Under the pieces are notes generated by a model, which saw only the letters and a list, made by a program, of their open reading frames with translations, ran no database searches and had not been told where the DNA came from. Shown here piece after piece: positions 50,953 through 63,008 of a DNA stretch of 64,000 nt; the first letter of the stretch is position 1; each line of letters begins with the position of its first letter. The stretch is from Tolypothrix carrinoi HA7290-LM1 (GTDB lineage Bacteria; Cyanobacteriota; Cyanobacteriia; Cyanobacteriales; Nostocaceae), in NCBI GenBank assembly GCA_019358935.1, contig JAHHIK010000025.1, forward strand, positions 15,717-79,716, read 5' to 3'. The position numbers and the translations under genes are program-made.

Positions 50953-51378
50953 TTAAAGATGAGAGCGATCGCTTTCACGTAAAGCTGCGATAATTTGAAT
51001 ATTTGCCTGAGGAAAAGCAAAGCGATCGAGTTCATCCAAATTCACCCAGCGAATTTCATCGCACTCCAGCGGTTGAGGAACACCCTTAAGATGGCGGCAA
51101 TGATGTACAGTCAGGGTGACGCGCAAGTGGGTATAGGTATAATCAATAGTGATCAGATGTTTTCCTACTTCAATAAGTATTCCCAATTCTTCGTTAATTT
51201 CCCGTTTGATACACTCTTCCACGGTTTCACCTTTCTCGATTTTACCTCCAGGAAATTCCCACAAACCGCCCATTGCGCCTTCAGGACGACGGCGATCGAT
51301 TAATATTTGTCCTCGATCGTTTGATATTACGGCAACACCAATGATTTTGTGAGGTGGTGGGGAAATAGTTTCACTCAT
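50953..51378 (-). CDS. mutT: 8-oxo-dGTP diphosphatase MutT (Nudix)
   Basis: WEFPGGKIEKGETVEECIKREINEELG Nudix box; FPQAN. Confidence 0.9.
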   Translation of the reverse strand: MSETISPPPHKIIGVAVISNDRGQILIDRRRPEGAMGGLWEFPGGKIEKGETVEECIKREINEELGILIEVGKHLITIDYTYTHLRVTLTVHHCRHLKGVPQPLECDEIRWVNLDELDRFAFPQANIQIIAALRESDRSHL

Positions 51379-51383
51379 GGTTT

Positions 51384-51518
51384 TTAGTTAGTAGTTAGTA
51401 GTTAGTAGTTAGTAGAAGCGTGGAACAACCAACTAACTAGTAAGCATTGTTTTTGGTTAGTAGTTAGTAGTTAGTAGTTAGTAGAAGCGTGGAACAACCA
51501 ACTAACTACTAAGCATTA
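51384..51518. repeat. Tandem ~69-bp duplication containing TAGTTAG STRR
   Basis: tagttagtagttagtagaagcgtggaacaaccaactaacta(g/c)taagcatt twice. Confidence 0.8.
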
Positions 51519-51792
51519 AAAAAACTCGGCAGATTAACTTGATTTCTGCCGAGTTTGTATTTTAGGTACAAATTTTAAGTTTGTTTGAATTTGTCTACGC
51601 ACCTGTATCAAAATTAAATTAATCAAGTAATTTTCAATTTCGTATTTTGAGTTATTTTCTCAAGCTGGTAAAAATTACCATTCCCTTCTAGGAGTTAAGG
51701 GTAGAAGGGAGGCAGCTTGGAAAGATTTAGCACTCCTTGAGATTTTTGATTTGTATCACCGTGACGTTAACTAAAATGAAAACTTTAAATTT

Positions 51793-52137
51793 TTAGTCAT
51801 TCTCGGTGTTGTTAGTTTCAGTTCCTTGCAATGCCATTTCAAAGTTCATTCTTTGTTCGGCATTACGCAAGAAATAACCACTGATCATAGCAGAGGCAAG
51901 AAGCCTACCCAAACTTTCCCGGCTGGTAGTAATAGTCACATTAAAGTGTTCCGCAGGCAGGTTTCCCAACAGCCCGACAATATTGCGCTCCATTACTTGA
52001 AATACTTCTGGAGAATTGGGTTTGGATAGCTGGGTAATTGTCTCTGGACTCAAGGCTTTAACGTACTGCCACAGCACTTCGCTCGTTTCTGGCTCACTGT
52101 TAAAAAATTCTGATACTTGATTGGATGGGTTACTCAC
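51793..52137 (-). CDS. DUF760 domain protein
   Basis: LWQYV..LSPE; NIVGLLGNLP; LASAMISGYFLRNAEQR. Confidence 0.88.
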   Translation of the reverse strand: MSNPSNQVSEFFNSEPETSEVLWQYVKALSPETITQLSKPNSPEVFQVMERNIVGLLGNLPAEHFNVTITTSRESLGRLLASAMISGYFLRNAEQRMNFEMALQGTETNNTEND

Positions 52138-52440
52138 GTTTTGCCTCCTTTACTACCACAGCTATGTGCGGTGTTTGTAAATTAAATAGTAAAAGCTCGT
52201 ATTATATTTGACTAAGCAGCCTGTTGTCTGTTCTTGTCAACTAATGTAACAAGTTACTCCTCATCTGGGAGTCGGTGTAACCGTACCAAAAGCAGCGTAG
52301 TTTCTCACCTCGTTGGTTAGTTGGTGGTGGATAGTGGGGCAATGGGCATGGGGCATGGGGCATGGGGCATGGGACATGGAAAGCATCTTTTATTACCAAT
52401 GCCCATTGCCCATTGCCCAATGCCCAATGCCCACTAACAA

Positions 52441-53397
52441 CTAACTCGCCAAATATTCACCCATGTTTGCTTTAGATTTGCGAAGTTTAGTTAGAGCTTC
52501 GCGTTCGATTTGCCGTACTCGTTCGCGACTGATGTTCAAAAGTTCACCGATTCTGGCAAGAGTAAGCGCTTGTCCATCGGTTAATCCAAAGCGGAGGGTG
52601 AGAACTTCTCTCTGTTGTGGGGTAAGGTCTGCCATGAGACGATCTAAGTCAAAGGATAGAGAAGATTGCATGACGAACTCTTCTGGAGAAGCTCCTGGAT
52701 CTTCTAACATTTCTCCGAGTTCGGTATCGTAATTATCTCCTAACCGCAAATCGAGTGATAGGGGCAGACGAGCTTTTTCTAGATACTCTCGGACTTGCTT
52801 GGGGGTTAATTCTAATTCTTGTGCTAGTTCAGCAGCGGATGGAGCGCGTCCTAGTCTTTGCGATAAATGCCGCTGTGCTTTTTTAATTTTATTCAGTTTT
52901 TCGGTAATGTGGATCGGTAGGCGGATGGTGCGAGCTTTTTCGGCGATCGCTCGCGTGATGGCTTGGCGAATCCACCAATAAGCATAGGTGGAAAATCTAT
53001 AACCTTTGGTGGGGTCAAATTTTTCTACACCCCGTTGCATCCCAATGCTACCTTCTTGGATTAAATCGAGTAAATCGACGTTGCGCTTGATGTACTTTTT
53101 GGCAACGGATACGACTAGTCGCAAATTGGCTTCTACCATTTTGCGTTTGGCTATTTCACCAAGGGCGATCGCTTCGTTCAACTCTTCTGGTTCTAACTCT
53201 GTCGCTTTTGCCCACTCTTCTAAAGTCGGTTCATGACCTAACTTCATCAAAAGCGACTCCCTTACCTCATACAAAGCAGTTGCACGTTGCACCTGTTTGC
53301 CATAACATATCTCCTCCTCGTGGCTTAAGAGTGGCACGCGGCCAATCTCACGCAGGTAAGTCCGCACTAGGTCTGTGGCTGTCTGAGCGGTCTTCAT
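52441..53397 (-). CDS. sigD: Group 2 RNA polymerase sigma factor (probably SigD)
   Basis: [46 protein letters not shown]; short N-terminus; SigD assignment rests on recalled sequence type and carB/mutT neighbourhood. Confidence 0.78.
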   Translation of the reverse strand: MKTAQTATDLVRTYLREIGRVPLLSHEEEICYGKQVQRATALYEVRESLLMKLGHEPTLEEWAKATELEPEELNEAIALGEIAKRKMVEANLRLVVSVAKKYIKRNVDLLDLIQEGSIGMQRGVEKFDPTKGYRFSTYAYWWIRQAITRAIAEKARTIRLPIHITEKLNKIKKAQRHLSQRLGRAPSAAELAQELELTPKQVREYLEKARLPLSLDLRLGDNYDTELGEMLEDPGASPEEFVMQSSLSFDLDRLMADLTPQQREVLTLRFGLTDGQALTLARIGELLNISRERVRQIEREALTKLRKSKANMGEYLAS

Positions 53398-54132
53398 GGC
53401 GCTACTCTTTGGTAATGGTGGGTTTTACGGTAGGGTGGAATGATAAATGCATGTATTGTCGGCGTTACTCAGTATCTTTGAGAATCCCAGAAACTAATTT
53501 ACAACTTATACGCCTGGAGCAACACTGGTAATAATATTCATATTTAGTTGTTTACTGCAACGAAGGTACAATTGTTTTTCCTTGGTTGCAAGTGTCTAGA
53601 GTTAGATAAAAGGTAGCCAATACAACATATTTACTATCTTTTGGGTATTAATAATTGTAACATTTATGAGAATATTTTGACTAGATGGCACGATAAAATT
53701 TCCTTATTCTTTCCTTTAGTGAAAGACTAATATTTCCCTAAGGCTTTCTAGAGGCTCATTTAATAAATCTATCTATGACAAAGAGAAGTCCCTCAGATTG
53801 GTTTAAAAAAATTAACAATCGATTTTGGGGTGGGGAGTGGGGGAGTGGGGGAGTGGGGAGTAGGGACTAACTAGGATAAATTTCACTTTCGAGGCAGGTT
53901 TATTACCCGTTGAGGCAAGCAGAAAAAGAAGATAGGACATCTTCTAAGCCAATAGCAGCAAAATGTTGCATCAAGTTGATTTTTTGAATAAATCGGCTTG
54001 ATGACTAGGTATTTATCAACAAATATTATCACCTTGCGTTTAAGTAGAAAACCCGGTTTATTGTAATTTTAGCGATCGCGCATCAAAAATTTCCGAAAAC
54101 TACTTAAGGGCATTGGGGAGGCAGATACCGAA

Positions 54133-57100
54133 ATGACTAAAAGTTGCAAATACTTAGGACTAGCGGTAATTTTAGCTGTGGGTGGGACGTTCGCTACTGC
54201 AAGTAGCGTATTCGCACAGAGTATCACCATAGATGGCACGCTGAGTCCGGCACAAACTTTAACTGGTCCGGTATACACAATTCCCCAGTCAGCCGGTCAA
54301 ACAGTAGGGAATAATTTGTTTCAGAGCTTTGGTAGGTTTAACCTGAATATGGGCGAGATAGCCAACTTTGAGAGTGCTGGGAATATTAGAAATATATTAT
54401 CTCGTGTCACAGGCGGCTCTGCTTCAATGATTGATGGTTTAATTTTTACCAACAGTGCTAACGTCAATTTGTTTTTGATTAATCCCAGTGGAATAGTCTT
54501 TGGTCCAAATGCGCGTTTGGATGTGGGTGGAAGTACTAGAGGTTCATTTGTCGCTACTACTATGGATGCACTGGTGTGGTCTAACGGTAGCCAATTTAGT
54601 GCGACAAATCCCGGTGGTGCGAGTAGCTTGTTAACAATTGTCGGCGATCCGAGTGGGTTTTTATCTACATTGAGAACACCCCCACCCATAGAGGTTAACC
54701 GTAGTATTTTGAGAGTTTCTGAAGGTCAAAGCTTGCTGTTACTCGGAGGTAATGTCAATTTAGACCGCAGCAACTTGTCTGTCGATTTTACAGAGGGTGG
54801 AAGAATTGAACTAGGAGGAGTGGCAGAACCGGGAACTGTCGGGCTGAATACCAACGGTAATATTCTCAGTTTGAACTTCCCTGAGAATTTAGCGCGGGGT
54901 GATGTGTCGCTTGCTAATACAGCTACTTTAGATACTCGTGCTGGGAATGGAGGTAGTATTGCAATCAATGCCAGAAATATAGATATTCTCTCAGGGAGTC
55001 GGTTGCTAGCGGGGATAGGCTCAGGTAGTGGTACTGTTGATAGTCAAGCTGGAGATGTAACGCTTAATGCTACCGGAGAAATCAAAGTTGCTGGTAGAAG
55101 CAATATTGTCAATTCTGTAGGAGAAGGAGCAAAAGGAAGTGGGGGTAATATTATCATTGATTCTGGGTCTTTCTCATTCCCAGATGACGCTCAAATTTCT
55201 GCCTCAACTTTGGGACGGGGAAATGCGGGGAATGTGACAGTGCGTGCTTTATATGCTGTTTCCCTTGTAGAGGGTAACATTTTCAGCACGGTGGAAGCAG
55301 GGGGTGTAGGTAAGGGTGGCAATATTGATATTAATACTGCAACGCTTTCACTAACTGATGGTGCTCAACTGCTAACTTTTACTCGTGAAGCATCTGATAC
55401 CCAACCAGCAGGACAAGGGGATGCAGGCAATGTCAATGTTAAAGTTACTGGCGCTGTTAATATTGCTGGAGAGAAAAACGGTTTTGGTAGTGGGATTCGT
55501 AGCTCTGTGGCTATAGGGACAGTAGGGAATGGGGGTAACATTATCATCGATTCTGGTTCATTCTCGTTACGAGATGGCGCTCGATTTAGTGCTTCAACTT
55601 CTGGACAGGGTAATGCGGGGAATATCAATATTAATGTAACTGGTACGGCGACAATCTCTGGAAGCAAAGACGGAAGTATTAGTGCAATTTTCAGCAGTGT
55701 GGAACCAGGATCAAAAGGCAATGGGGGTAATATTACCATCGATTCTGGTTCATTCTCATTACGAGATAACGCTCAACTTACTGCCTCAACTTCTGGACAG
55801 GGGAATGCGGGCAATGTGACAGTGCGTGCAAAAGAAACTGTTTCTCTTGTACGTGGTAGCATCCTCAGCACGGTGGAAGCAGGGGGTGTAGGTAAGGGTG
55901 GCAATATTGATATTAATGCTGCAACGCTTTCACTAACTGATGGTGCTCAACTGCTAACTTTTACTCGTGAAGCATCTGATACCCAACCAGCAGGACAAGG
56001 GGATGCAGGCAATGTCAATGTTAAAGTTACTGGCGCTGTTAATATTGCTGGAGAGAAAAACGGTTTTCTTAGTGCGATTGGCAGCTTCGTGGATACGGGT
56101 ACAGTAGGCAATGGGGGTAATATTACTATCGATTCTGGTTCTTTCTCGTTACGCGATAACGCTCGACTTCAAGCCTCAACATTTCGACAAGGGAATGCGG
56201 GAAATGTGACAGTGAGTGCACTCGATGCTGTTTCTCTTGCAGATGCTAGCATCTTCAGCACGGTGGAAGCAGGGGGTGTAGGTAAGGGTGGCAATATCGA
56301 CATTAATGCTGCAACATTATCACTAACTGATGGCGCTCAACTCCTAACTGCTACTCGTGGTGCATCTGATACCGGTCCAGTAGGACAGGGGGAGGCGGGG
56401 AATGTCAATGTTAAAGTTACTGGCGCTGTTGATATTATTGGCGAGAAAAACGGTTTTCCCAGTGGGATTCGCAGCAATGTGGAAACGGGGACAGTTGGCA
56501 ATGGTGGTAATATTACTATTGACTCTGGCTCATTCTCGTTACAAAATGGCGCTCTACTTACTGCCGAAACCCTTGGACAAGGAAATGCAGGCACAATTAC
56601 AGTTAATGCTGCTGATTTTTTCACCATTTCTGGCAAAAGTTCTAACCTTAACAGTAGTGGCTTGTTCGTTAACTCCCAAAGTACGACGGGTACTGCTGAA
56701 GATATTATCGTCACCTCACCTAGAGTTACCCTAGACAACGGTGGCAGACTCAACGCCGAATCTACATCGGGTAATGGTGGTGACATCAACTTACAAACTG
56801 ATTTACTTCTTCTGCGTCGTGGCGGTCAAATTACCACCACCGCAGGCACGGCACAAAAAAATGGTAATGGGGGCAATATTAATATTGATGCAGGCTTTAT
56901 TGTTGCTGTGCCACAAGAGAATAGCGACATTAGAGCTAACGCTTTCTCAGGTAATGGAGGCAATGTCACAATCAACGCTCAAGGTATTTTTGGCATCCAG
57001 TCACGGCAACAACCAACCTCACAAAGTGATATTACAGCATCTTCAACAGGTGGGGGAATTAATGGGGTTATCGATATAAATACACTTGAGATTGACCCCA

Positions 57101-57462
57101 GTCGTGGGTTTATTGACTTACCAACAAATGTAGTTGATACGTTTAGGTTAGTGGCTCAAAGCTGTTCGGCATTTGGTAAAGGGGGTAGCGAGTTTACTGT
57201 TACTGGACGCGGTGGTTTACCTCCCGGTCCTGATGACTTTCTCAGTAGTGATGTGGTGTGGTCAGATACTCGGTTGACGGCGTTACCTGTTTCACCCAGT
57301 CCCGGTGTTACGCGTAAGGTTCGCAAAACTGCTGATGGTGTGGCGATCGTACCTGCTACTGGGTGGGTGTTTGATGAGAAAAAAGGGGAAGTTACGCTGA
57401 TTGCTGCTAATGCAAGTTCTGAAGGTGTGGGTTCTAATCAGGGTGGGTGTATTGTGCCGTAA
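54133..57462 (+). CDS. Filamentous hemagglutinin-like (TpsA-type) exoprotein
   Basis: NLFQSFGRF, SRVTGG, LFLINPSGIVFGPNA; repeated GNGGNI.I units; GRGGLP and ATGW C-terminal motifs. Confidence 0.9.
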   Translation: MTKSCKYLGLAVILAVGGTFATASSVFAQSITIDGTLSPAQTLTGPVYTIPQSAGQTVGNNLFQSFGRFNLNMGEIANFESAGNIRNILSRVTGGSASMIDGLIFTNSANVNLFLINPSGIVFGPNARLDVGGSTRGSFVATTMDALVWSNGSQFSATNPGGASSLLTIVGDPSGFLSTLRTPPPIEVNRSILRVSEGQSLLLLGGNVNLDRSNLSVDFTEGGRIELGGVAEPGTVGLNTNGNILSLNFPENLARGDVSLANTATLDTRAGNGGSIAINARNIDILSGSRLLAGIGSGSGTVDSQAGDVTLNATGEIKVAGRSNIVNSVGEGAKGSGGNIIIDSGSFSFPDDAQISASTLGRGNAGNVTVRALYAVSLVEGNIFSTVEAGGVGKGGNIDINTATLSLTDGAQLLTFTREASDTQPAGQGDAGNVNVKVTGAVNIAGEKNGFGSGIRSSVAIGTVGNGGNIIIDSGSFSLRDGARFSASTSGQGNAGNININVTGTATISGSKDGSISAIFSSVEPGSKGNGGNITIDSGSFSLRDNAQLTASTSGQGNAGNVTVRAKETVSLVRGSILSTVEAGGVGKGGNIDINAATLSLTDGAQLLTFTREASDTQPAGQGDAGNVNVKVTGAVNIAGEKNGFLSAIGSFVDTGTVGNGGNITIDSGSFSLRDNARLQASTFRQGNAGNVTVSALDAVSLADASIFSTVEAGGVGKGGNIDINAATLSLTDGAQLLTATRGASDTGPVGQGEAGNVNVKVTGAVDIIGEKNGFPSGIRSNVETGTVGNGGNITIDSGSFSLQNGALLTAETLGQGNAGTITVNAADFFTISGKSSNLNSSGLFVNSQSTTGTAEDIIVTSPRVTLDNGGRLNAESTSGNGGDINLQTDLLLLRRGGQITTTAGTAQKNGNGGNINIDAGFIVAVPQENSDIRANAFSGNGGNVTINAQGIFGIQSRQQPTSQSDITASSTGGGINGVIDINTLEIDPSRGFIDLPTNVVDTFRLVAQSCSAFGKGGSEFTVTGRGGLPPGPDDFLSSDVVWSDTRLTALPVSPSPGVTRKVRKTADGVAIVPATGWVFDEKKGEVTLIAANASSEGVGSNQGGCIVP

Positions 57463-57520
57463 GAGTGTCTCACGCAAAGGCGCAAAGGCGCAAAGGGGGA
57501 GAGGGAAGTAATTTGGCTTC

Positions 57521-57782
57521 CCTCACTATTGTTAGACCTCTCTCCAAACCTCTCTCCTAGGAGGAGAGAGGCTTTGATTCTCCCCCTTCCCTAGTAGGGA
57601 AGGGGGTTGGGGGGTTAGGTCTGCGTCTGGTCTACTCAACTGAAAATCGCTCCTCACTATTGTTAGACCTCTCTCCAAACCTCTCTCCTAGGAGGAGAGA
57701 GGCTTTGATTCTCCCCCTTCCCTAGTAGGGAAGGGGGCTGGGGGGTTAGGTCTGCGTGTGGTCTACTCAACTGAAAATCGCT
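57521..57782. repeat. Near-perfect tandem duplication of a 131-bp hairpin-rich repeat
   Basis: units start at 57521 and 57652 and differ at about 2 positions. Confidence 0.9.
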
Positions 57783-57789
57783 GTAACCG

Positions 57790-60700
57790 CTAACTAACTG
57801 CGTTGTACTCTTGGATGACTTTCACATCTAAGGTTGTAGTTTGTAACGAACGGATGGCAGCGACGGTGGCTTTGGCACCGGCGATGGTGGTGATGATGGG
57901 GATTTTGTAACCTAAGGCTGTGCGACGAATTAATCTGGCATCAGTTTGGGCTTCTTCCCCGGAAGGTGTGTTGATGATAATCTGGATTTTCTGGTTTTTG
58001 ATCGCATCTACGACGTGAGGACGACCTTCATGGAGTTTCAAAACTAACTCAACGTTTAACTTATGATCTTGCAGGACTTTACGTGTACCTTGTGTAGCCA
58101 TGACGGTAAAGCCTAATTCGATAAATTCCCTGACGACATCAACTGCGAGGGATTTGTCGCGATCGCTCATCGAAACAAACACGGTTCCTGTTAATGGTAA
58201 ACGTTCGCCAGCACCAATTTCTGCTTTGGCATAGGCGCGTCCAAAGTCGCTGTCAATTCCCATCACTTCACCGGTAGAACGCATTTCTGGTCCCAAAATT
58301 GTGTCTGTACCAGGAAATTTATTAAACGGTAATACTGCTTCTTTCACGGCAATGTGTTTTGGTATCACTTCTTGAGTAAAACCTAATTCCTCTAAAGTTT
58401 TACCGGACATAACTAAGGATGCTAATTTAGCAAGTTGTACCCCAGTAGCTTTAGAAACAAATGGTACAGTACGCGAGGCGCGGGGGTTTGCCTCTAAAAT
58501 GTAAACTTGCGGAGAATAGCCTTGAGCGCCAACCACGGCAAATTGAATATTCATCAGCCCGACTACTGATAAAGCCTGCGCTAGTTGCACCGTCCAAGTG
58601 CGGATTTGCTCAAGAACTGCTGGTGCTAAGGATATCGACGGTAAAGAACAAGCTGAGTCTCCTGAGTGAATCCCTGCTTGTTCAATGTGTTCCATAATAC
58701 CGCCAATTACTACTTTTCCGGTATGGTCGGCGATCGCATCCACATCAACTTCAATCGCATTTTCTAAAAATTTATCAATCAAAATCGGATGTTCCGGTTC
58801 CACCAGCACCGCAAATGTCATGTAGCGTTCTAATTCTGTATCAGAATAGACGATTTCCATCGCTCGTCCCCCCAACACGTAGCTAGGACGCACTACTACC
58901 GGATAACCAATTCGTTTAGCGACAATCAGCGCATCTTCATAACTGCGAGCCATACCATTCGGCGGTTGAGCTATATTTAACTCGTTGAGAATCTTCTCAA
59001 ACCGCTCTCGGTTTTCCGCCATGTCGATAGAATCTGGGGAAGTACCCCAAATTTGGGTAATTGGGAATTGGGAATTGGTAATTGGTAATTGGTTAGATTC
59101 CTCGCTATTACCAACTTTGTTTAAATACTCCTGTAATGGGACGGCAAGTTTTAAGGGGGTTTGTCCGCCAAATTGAACAATTACCCCAACCGGGTTTTCG
59201 GCTTCGATGATGTTGAGAACATCTTCTTTGGTCAATGGCTCAAAGTAAAGGCGATCGCTTGTATCATAATCTGTGGAAACTGTCTCCGGGTTGGAGTTAA
59301 CCATAATTGTCTCATAACCTGCGCCCTTTAAAGCATAGGCAGCGTGACAACAACAATAGTCAAACTCAATTCCCTGTCCAATGCGGTTGGGACCACCACC
59401 CAAAATCATCACCTTGGGCTTGGTGGTTGGCGTTATCTCGCTTTCGTCTTCGTAGGTGGAATAATGGTAAGGAGTAAACGCTTCAAATTCGGCGGCGCAG
59501 GTGTCCACTGTTTTGTAAACTGGAATTACGCCTAGTTGTTGGCGATATGTCCGAACTTCATCTTCGTTCTTTTTCGTCGCATAGGCAATCTGGCGATCGC
59601 TAAATCCCTCTCGCTTTACTGCATACATCTGCTCTTTTGTCAACTGTTGCAATGGTGTGCGCTTGAGGAATTTTTCAGTTTCCAGCAGTTGCTGCATTTT
59701 ATCCAGGAACCAAGGGTCAATCCCAGTTAATTCGTAGATTTCCTCAAGAGTTATTCCCAATAGCATCGCATGACGCACAGAGAAAATGCGCTCCGGGTTG
59801 GGAGTCCGCAATTGAGCGCGTATTTGTTCGCCACTGGGTAATTTTTCTTTAATGTCGCAACCCCAACCAGCGCGACCGGTTTCAAGCGATCGCAGTGCTT
59901 TTTGGAAGGATTCGTTAAAGGTGCGTCCGATCGCCATTGCTTCCCCTACCGATTTCATCTGGGTAGTCAGCACAGGTTCGGAACCTGGGAACTTTTCAAA
60001 GGCGAAGCGGGGAATTTTTGTTACTACATAGTCAATTGTCGGCTCAAAGGAGGCGGGTGTTTTCTTGGTGATGTCATTTTTGATTTCGTCCAAGGTGTAG
60101 CCTACAGCAAGCTTTGCTGCCATTTTAGCGATGGGAAAGCCTGTAGCTTTAGAAGACAAAGCCGAACTGCGGGAAACACGGGGGTTCATCTCAATGACAA
60201 CTACATCCCCATTTACCGGATTGACGGCAAACTGGATGTTAGAACCGCCAGTTTCTACCCCTATTTCGCGGATGATTTTGATTGCCATATCCCGCAGCCG
60301 CTGATATTCTTTATCAGTGAGGGTTTGTGCCGGAGCGACGGTAATTGAGTCGCCGGTGTGGATACCCATTGGGTCAATGTTTTCGATTGAGCAGATAATG
60401 ACGACGTTATCTGCTAAATCGCGCATGACTTCGAGTTCGTATTCTTTCCAGCCGAGTAAGGATTGATCGATGAGAATTTGGGAAACGGGACTAGCATCGA
60501 TACCCGTTTGTGCCATTTCTTCAAATTCTTCTTGATTATAGGCGATACCGCCACCGGTGCCACCCATCGTAAAGGCTGGACGGATAATTAAAGGATAGGA
60601 GCCAATTTTACGAGCGATCGCTTTTGATTCTTCTAAGGTTTCGGCTGTACCACTGGGACAGACTTTCACGCCGATTTTATCCATCGCTTCGTTAAACAGC

Positions 60701-61089
60701 TTTCTGTCTTCGGCTTTTTCGATTGCCGGAAGTTTAGCGCCGATTAACTCAACATTGTACTTCTCCAACGCACCATTTTTCGCCAGAGCTACAGCGATGT
60801 TGAGAGCGGTTTGTCCTCCCATCGTTGGTAATAAGGCGTCGGGACGTTCTTTAGCGATTACTTTTTCGACTAACTCTGGGGTTAGCGGTTCGATGTACGT
60901 GCGATCGGCTGTTTCCGGATCGGTCATGATTGTCGCTGGGTTAGAATTTACCAGCACCACTTCATAGCCTTCTTCTCGCAGCGCTTTACAAGCTTGCGTA
61001 CCAGAGTAGTCAAACTCACAAGCTTGTCCAATCACGATAGGACCAGAGCCTAACAGTAGAATTTTCCTGAGATCATCACGGCGGGGCAT
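57790..61089 (-). CDS. carB: Carbamoyl-phosphate synthase large subunit
   Basis: [45 protein letters not shown]. Confidence 0.98.
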   Translation of the reverse strand: MPRRDDLRKILLLGSGPIVIGQACEFDYSGTQACKALREEGYEVVLVNSNPATIMTDPETADRTYIEPLTPELVEKVIAKERPDALLPTMGGQTALNIAVALAKNGALEKYNVELIGAKLPAIEKAEDRKLFNEAMDKIGVKVCPSGTAETLEESKAIARKIGSYPLIIRPAFTMGGTGGGIAYNQEEFEEMAQTGIDASPVSQILIDQSLLGWKEYELEVMRDLADNVVIICSIENIDPMGIHTGDSITVAPAQTLTDKEYQRLRDMAIKIIREIGVETGGSNIQFAVNPVNGDVVVIEMNPRVSRSSALSSKATGFPIAKMAAKLAVGYTLDEIKNDITKKTPASFEPTIDYVVTKIPRFAFEKFPGSEPVLTTQMKSVGEAMAIGRTFNESFQKALRSLETGRAGWGCDIKEKLPSGEQIRAQLRTPNPERIFSVRHAMLLGITLEEIYELTGIDPWFLDKMQQLLETEKFLKRTPLQQLTKEQMYAVKREGFSDRQIAYATKKNEDEVRTYRQQLGVIPVYKTVDTCAAEFEAFTPYHYSTYEDESEITPTTKPKVMILGGGPNRIGQGIEFDYCCCHAAYALKGAGYETIMVNSNPETVSTDYDTSDRLYFEPLTKEDVLNIIEAENPVGVIVQFGGQTPLKLAVPLQEYLNKVGNSEESNQLPITNSQFPITQIWGTSPDSIDMAENRERFEKILNELNIAQPPNGMARSYEDALIVAKRIGYPVVVRPSYVLGGRAMEIVYSDTELERYMTFAVLVEPEHPILIDKFLENAIEVDVDAIADHTGKVVIGGIMEHIEQAGIHSGDSACSLPSISLAPAVLEQIRTWTVQLAQALSVVGLMNIQFAVVGAQGYSPQVYILEANPRASRTVPFVSKATGVQLAKLASLVMSGKTLEELGFTQEVIPKHIAVKEAVLPFNKFPGTDTILGPEMRSTGEVMGIDSDFGRAYAKAEIGAGERLPLTGTVFVSMSDRDKSLAVDVVREFIELGFTVMATQGTRKVLQDHKLNVELVLKLHEGRPHVVDAIKNQKIQIIINTPSGEEAQTDARLIRRTALGYKIPIITTIAGAKATVAAIRSLQTTTLDVKVIQEYNAVS

Positions 61090-61194
61090 AATTGTTGCTT
61101 TGCAGTATAAGAATAGAAATCCTGATTATTTTAAGGTTCTTTACCCCTAACTCATGTTGTTTATTATCAACTTCTCCAGGTTTCATGACATGAG

Positions 61195-61372
61195 GGGAGG
61201 GGACAAGGAGACAAGGAGACAAGGGAGACAAGGGAGACAAGGGAGACAAGCAGACAAGCAGACAAGCAGACAAGCAGACAAGGAGAATAATTCTTTCCCC
61301 CTGTCTCCCCCTCTCCCCATCCCCCCTTCTCCCCATTCCCCCCATTCCCCATTCCCCATTCCCCATTCCCCT
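61195..61372. repeat. GACAAGG / AGACAAGC / CCCCATT STRR tracts
   Basis: direct inspection. Confidence 0.85.
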
Positions 61373-61711
61373 TTTTGTGTATCTAAATTTATTTAATTAT
61401 GATGCTAAAATTTGTCAGTTTCTTGCAAATTATTTTTGTTGAAAGTAGTAATTTTTCTCAAGATAAAGGAATTTTTTTCTAAAAGATTTAATTTTCTATT
61501 TTAGAATAAGGCTTCGACTTAAATGAAAATATTTATTAATTAGTTTAAGGAAAACTTTTTTAAGTTAAATATTGTGTTTTAATATTTACTTAAATTAAAA
61601 ATGGCAGAGAGTTATATATTTGGCTCTCTGCCATGTTTTATATTTTTTTAAGAAGAAGTGCTGACAACTTTTTGTTCAATCTAGGCTAGATGACTCTAGC
61701 TGATGAGCGTG

Positions 61712-62266
61712 TTAGTTGTGAGCAGGTTGGACAAAGCCTAAAGTTAAGCTATCTTTGGCTAAGAAGTGAGCCAAATGATAAGCTCTTTCTTCAGTTTTTA
61801 ACAGAATTGTTTCGTACAAATACCGTGTGGCACGGTCGCCTAAACTCTCTGCTTGAGCGGCTTGGCGGCGAATTAAGCTAATCATAGCTTGTTCTGCTGC
61901 TAAGTCATGTTCTACCATTTGGCGGCAAGAATATACGCCATCAGACTCAGGTTCAAAACAGCATAATTCTGCTAGTTTGCTGAAGGTAGCAACTGGCACG
62001 CCGCCCAATCCATCTAAGCGTTCTCCAACATCATGAACGTGTCCTTGAACTTGTTCGTAGCTTTCGCTAAAAAACTCATGTAGTGAGTAGAATTCTGCGC
62101 CTTCTACTACAAAATGATGTTTTTGGTACTGCAAGTACAGTGCCTGGAAACTAGCTAAGACAACGTTAAATCCTTCGCAGACTGGTGCGGTTACACTGCG
62201 ATCCAGTAATACGGGATTGTCATAAACCTGACCAAAATTTCGTAATATAGTTTGCGTTTCTGACAT
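61712..62266 (-). CDS. dpsA: Dps-family DNA-protecting ferritin-like protein
   Basis: [32 protein letters not shown]. Confidence 0.9.
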   Translation of the reverse strand: MSETQTILRNFGQVYDNPVLLDRSVTAPVCEGFNVVLASFQALYLQYQKHHFVVEGAEFYSLHEFFSESYEQVQGHVHDVGERLDGLGGVPVATFSKLAELCCFEPESDGVYSCRQMVEHDLAAEQAMISLIRRQAAQAESLGDRATRYLYETILLKTEERAYHLAHFLAKDSLTLGFVQPAHN

Positions 62267-62733
62267 TGTTACCCTCGCTTTTAGGCAGTTATAGATGCAA
62301 GCTGCTTTTGTCCCTACATATTAACATCTAAGAAATAAAAGTAAACCGATCAATTTAGTCAGCAAAGATGCATTCGGTTTTATTAATTTTCGGCGCGATC
62401 GCTCTCGCCATTCAATGAATGTTTCTAATTATATATAGACATAATAGGCAAAATATAGTATGTAAGTTTCGATAAAAACGTCTCGTTCGAGAAATCAGGT
62501 ATTTCATACTAATATTCCCCAAGCCAAAATCCTACAACCCCAGTCGTTAGGCGCTCAAACTAGCGCTGTGCATCCTTTATGATAAATATTTAATTTTTTT
62601 TTAGATTTTTGATGAGAATTATTTGCACTTGGGTTATTCTTATCTAAGAGGCTAAACTTTCAAAATTTTCAATAACAAAATAGTACAGTCGCATAATTAG
62701 TGCGATTGTTGTAGCACTTGGAGGGCAATTATC

Positions 62734-62982
62734 TTGAAATCGTTCAGTTCAGAAGTCGAAGGACAGCACACTGTTGAGGTAAATTGGGTAGATCGCTGGC
62801 AAGTTTATCAACGCTTGCAAGAGCTAGATATTCGTTGTTGGTGTGAGACTAATCAGCCATTGAAAGTTGAAATTAGCAATCCAAGCGCAGCTATTCAACT
62901 CTGGAGTGTCATCCGACAATTCACAATCTCTCGCCAAGAGATGATTTACACTCTTGAGGATTGTTGGCAGAATAAAGCTTGA
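62734..62982 (+). CDS. Asr1405/Asl0597 family small protein
   Basis: DRWQVYQRLQELDI.C, QLWSV.RQ, LE.CW. Confidence 0.82.
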   Translation: MKSFSSEVEGQHTVEVNWVDRWQVYQRLQELDIRCWCETNQPLKVEISNPSAAIQLWSVIRQFTISRQEMIYTLEDCWQNKA

Positions 62983-63008
62983 TATTATATGTCAATTAAA
63001 AATAGGTT

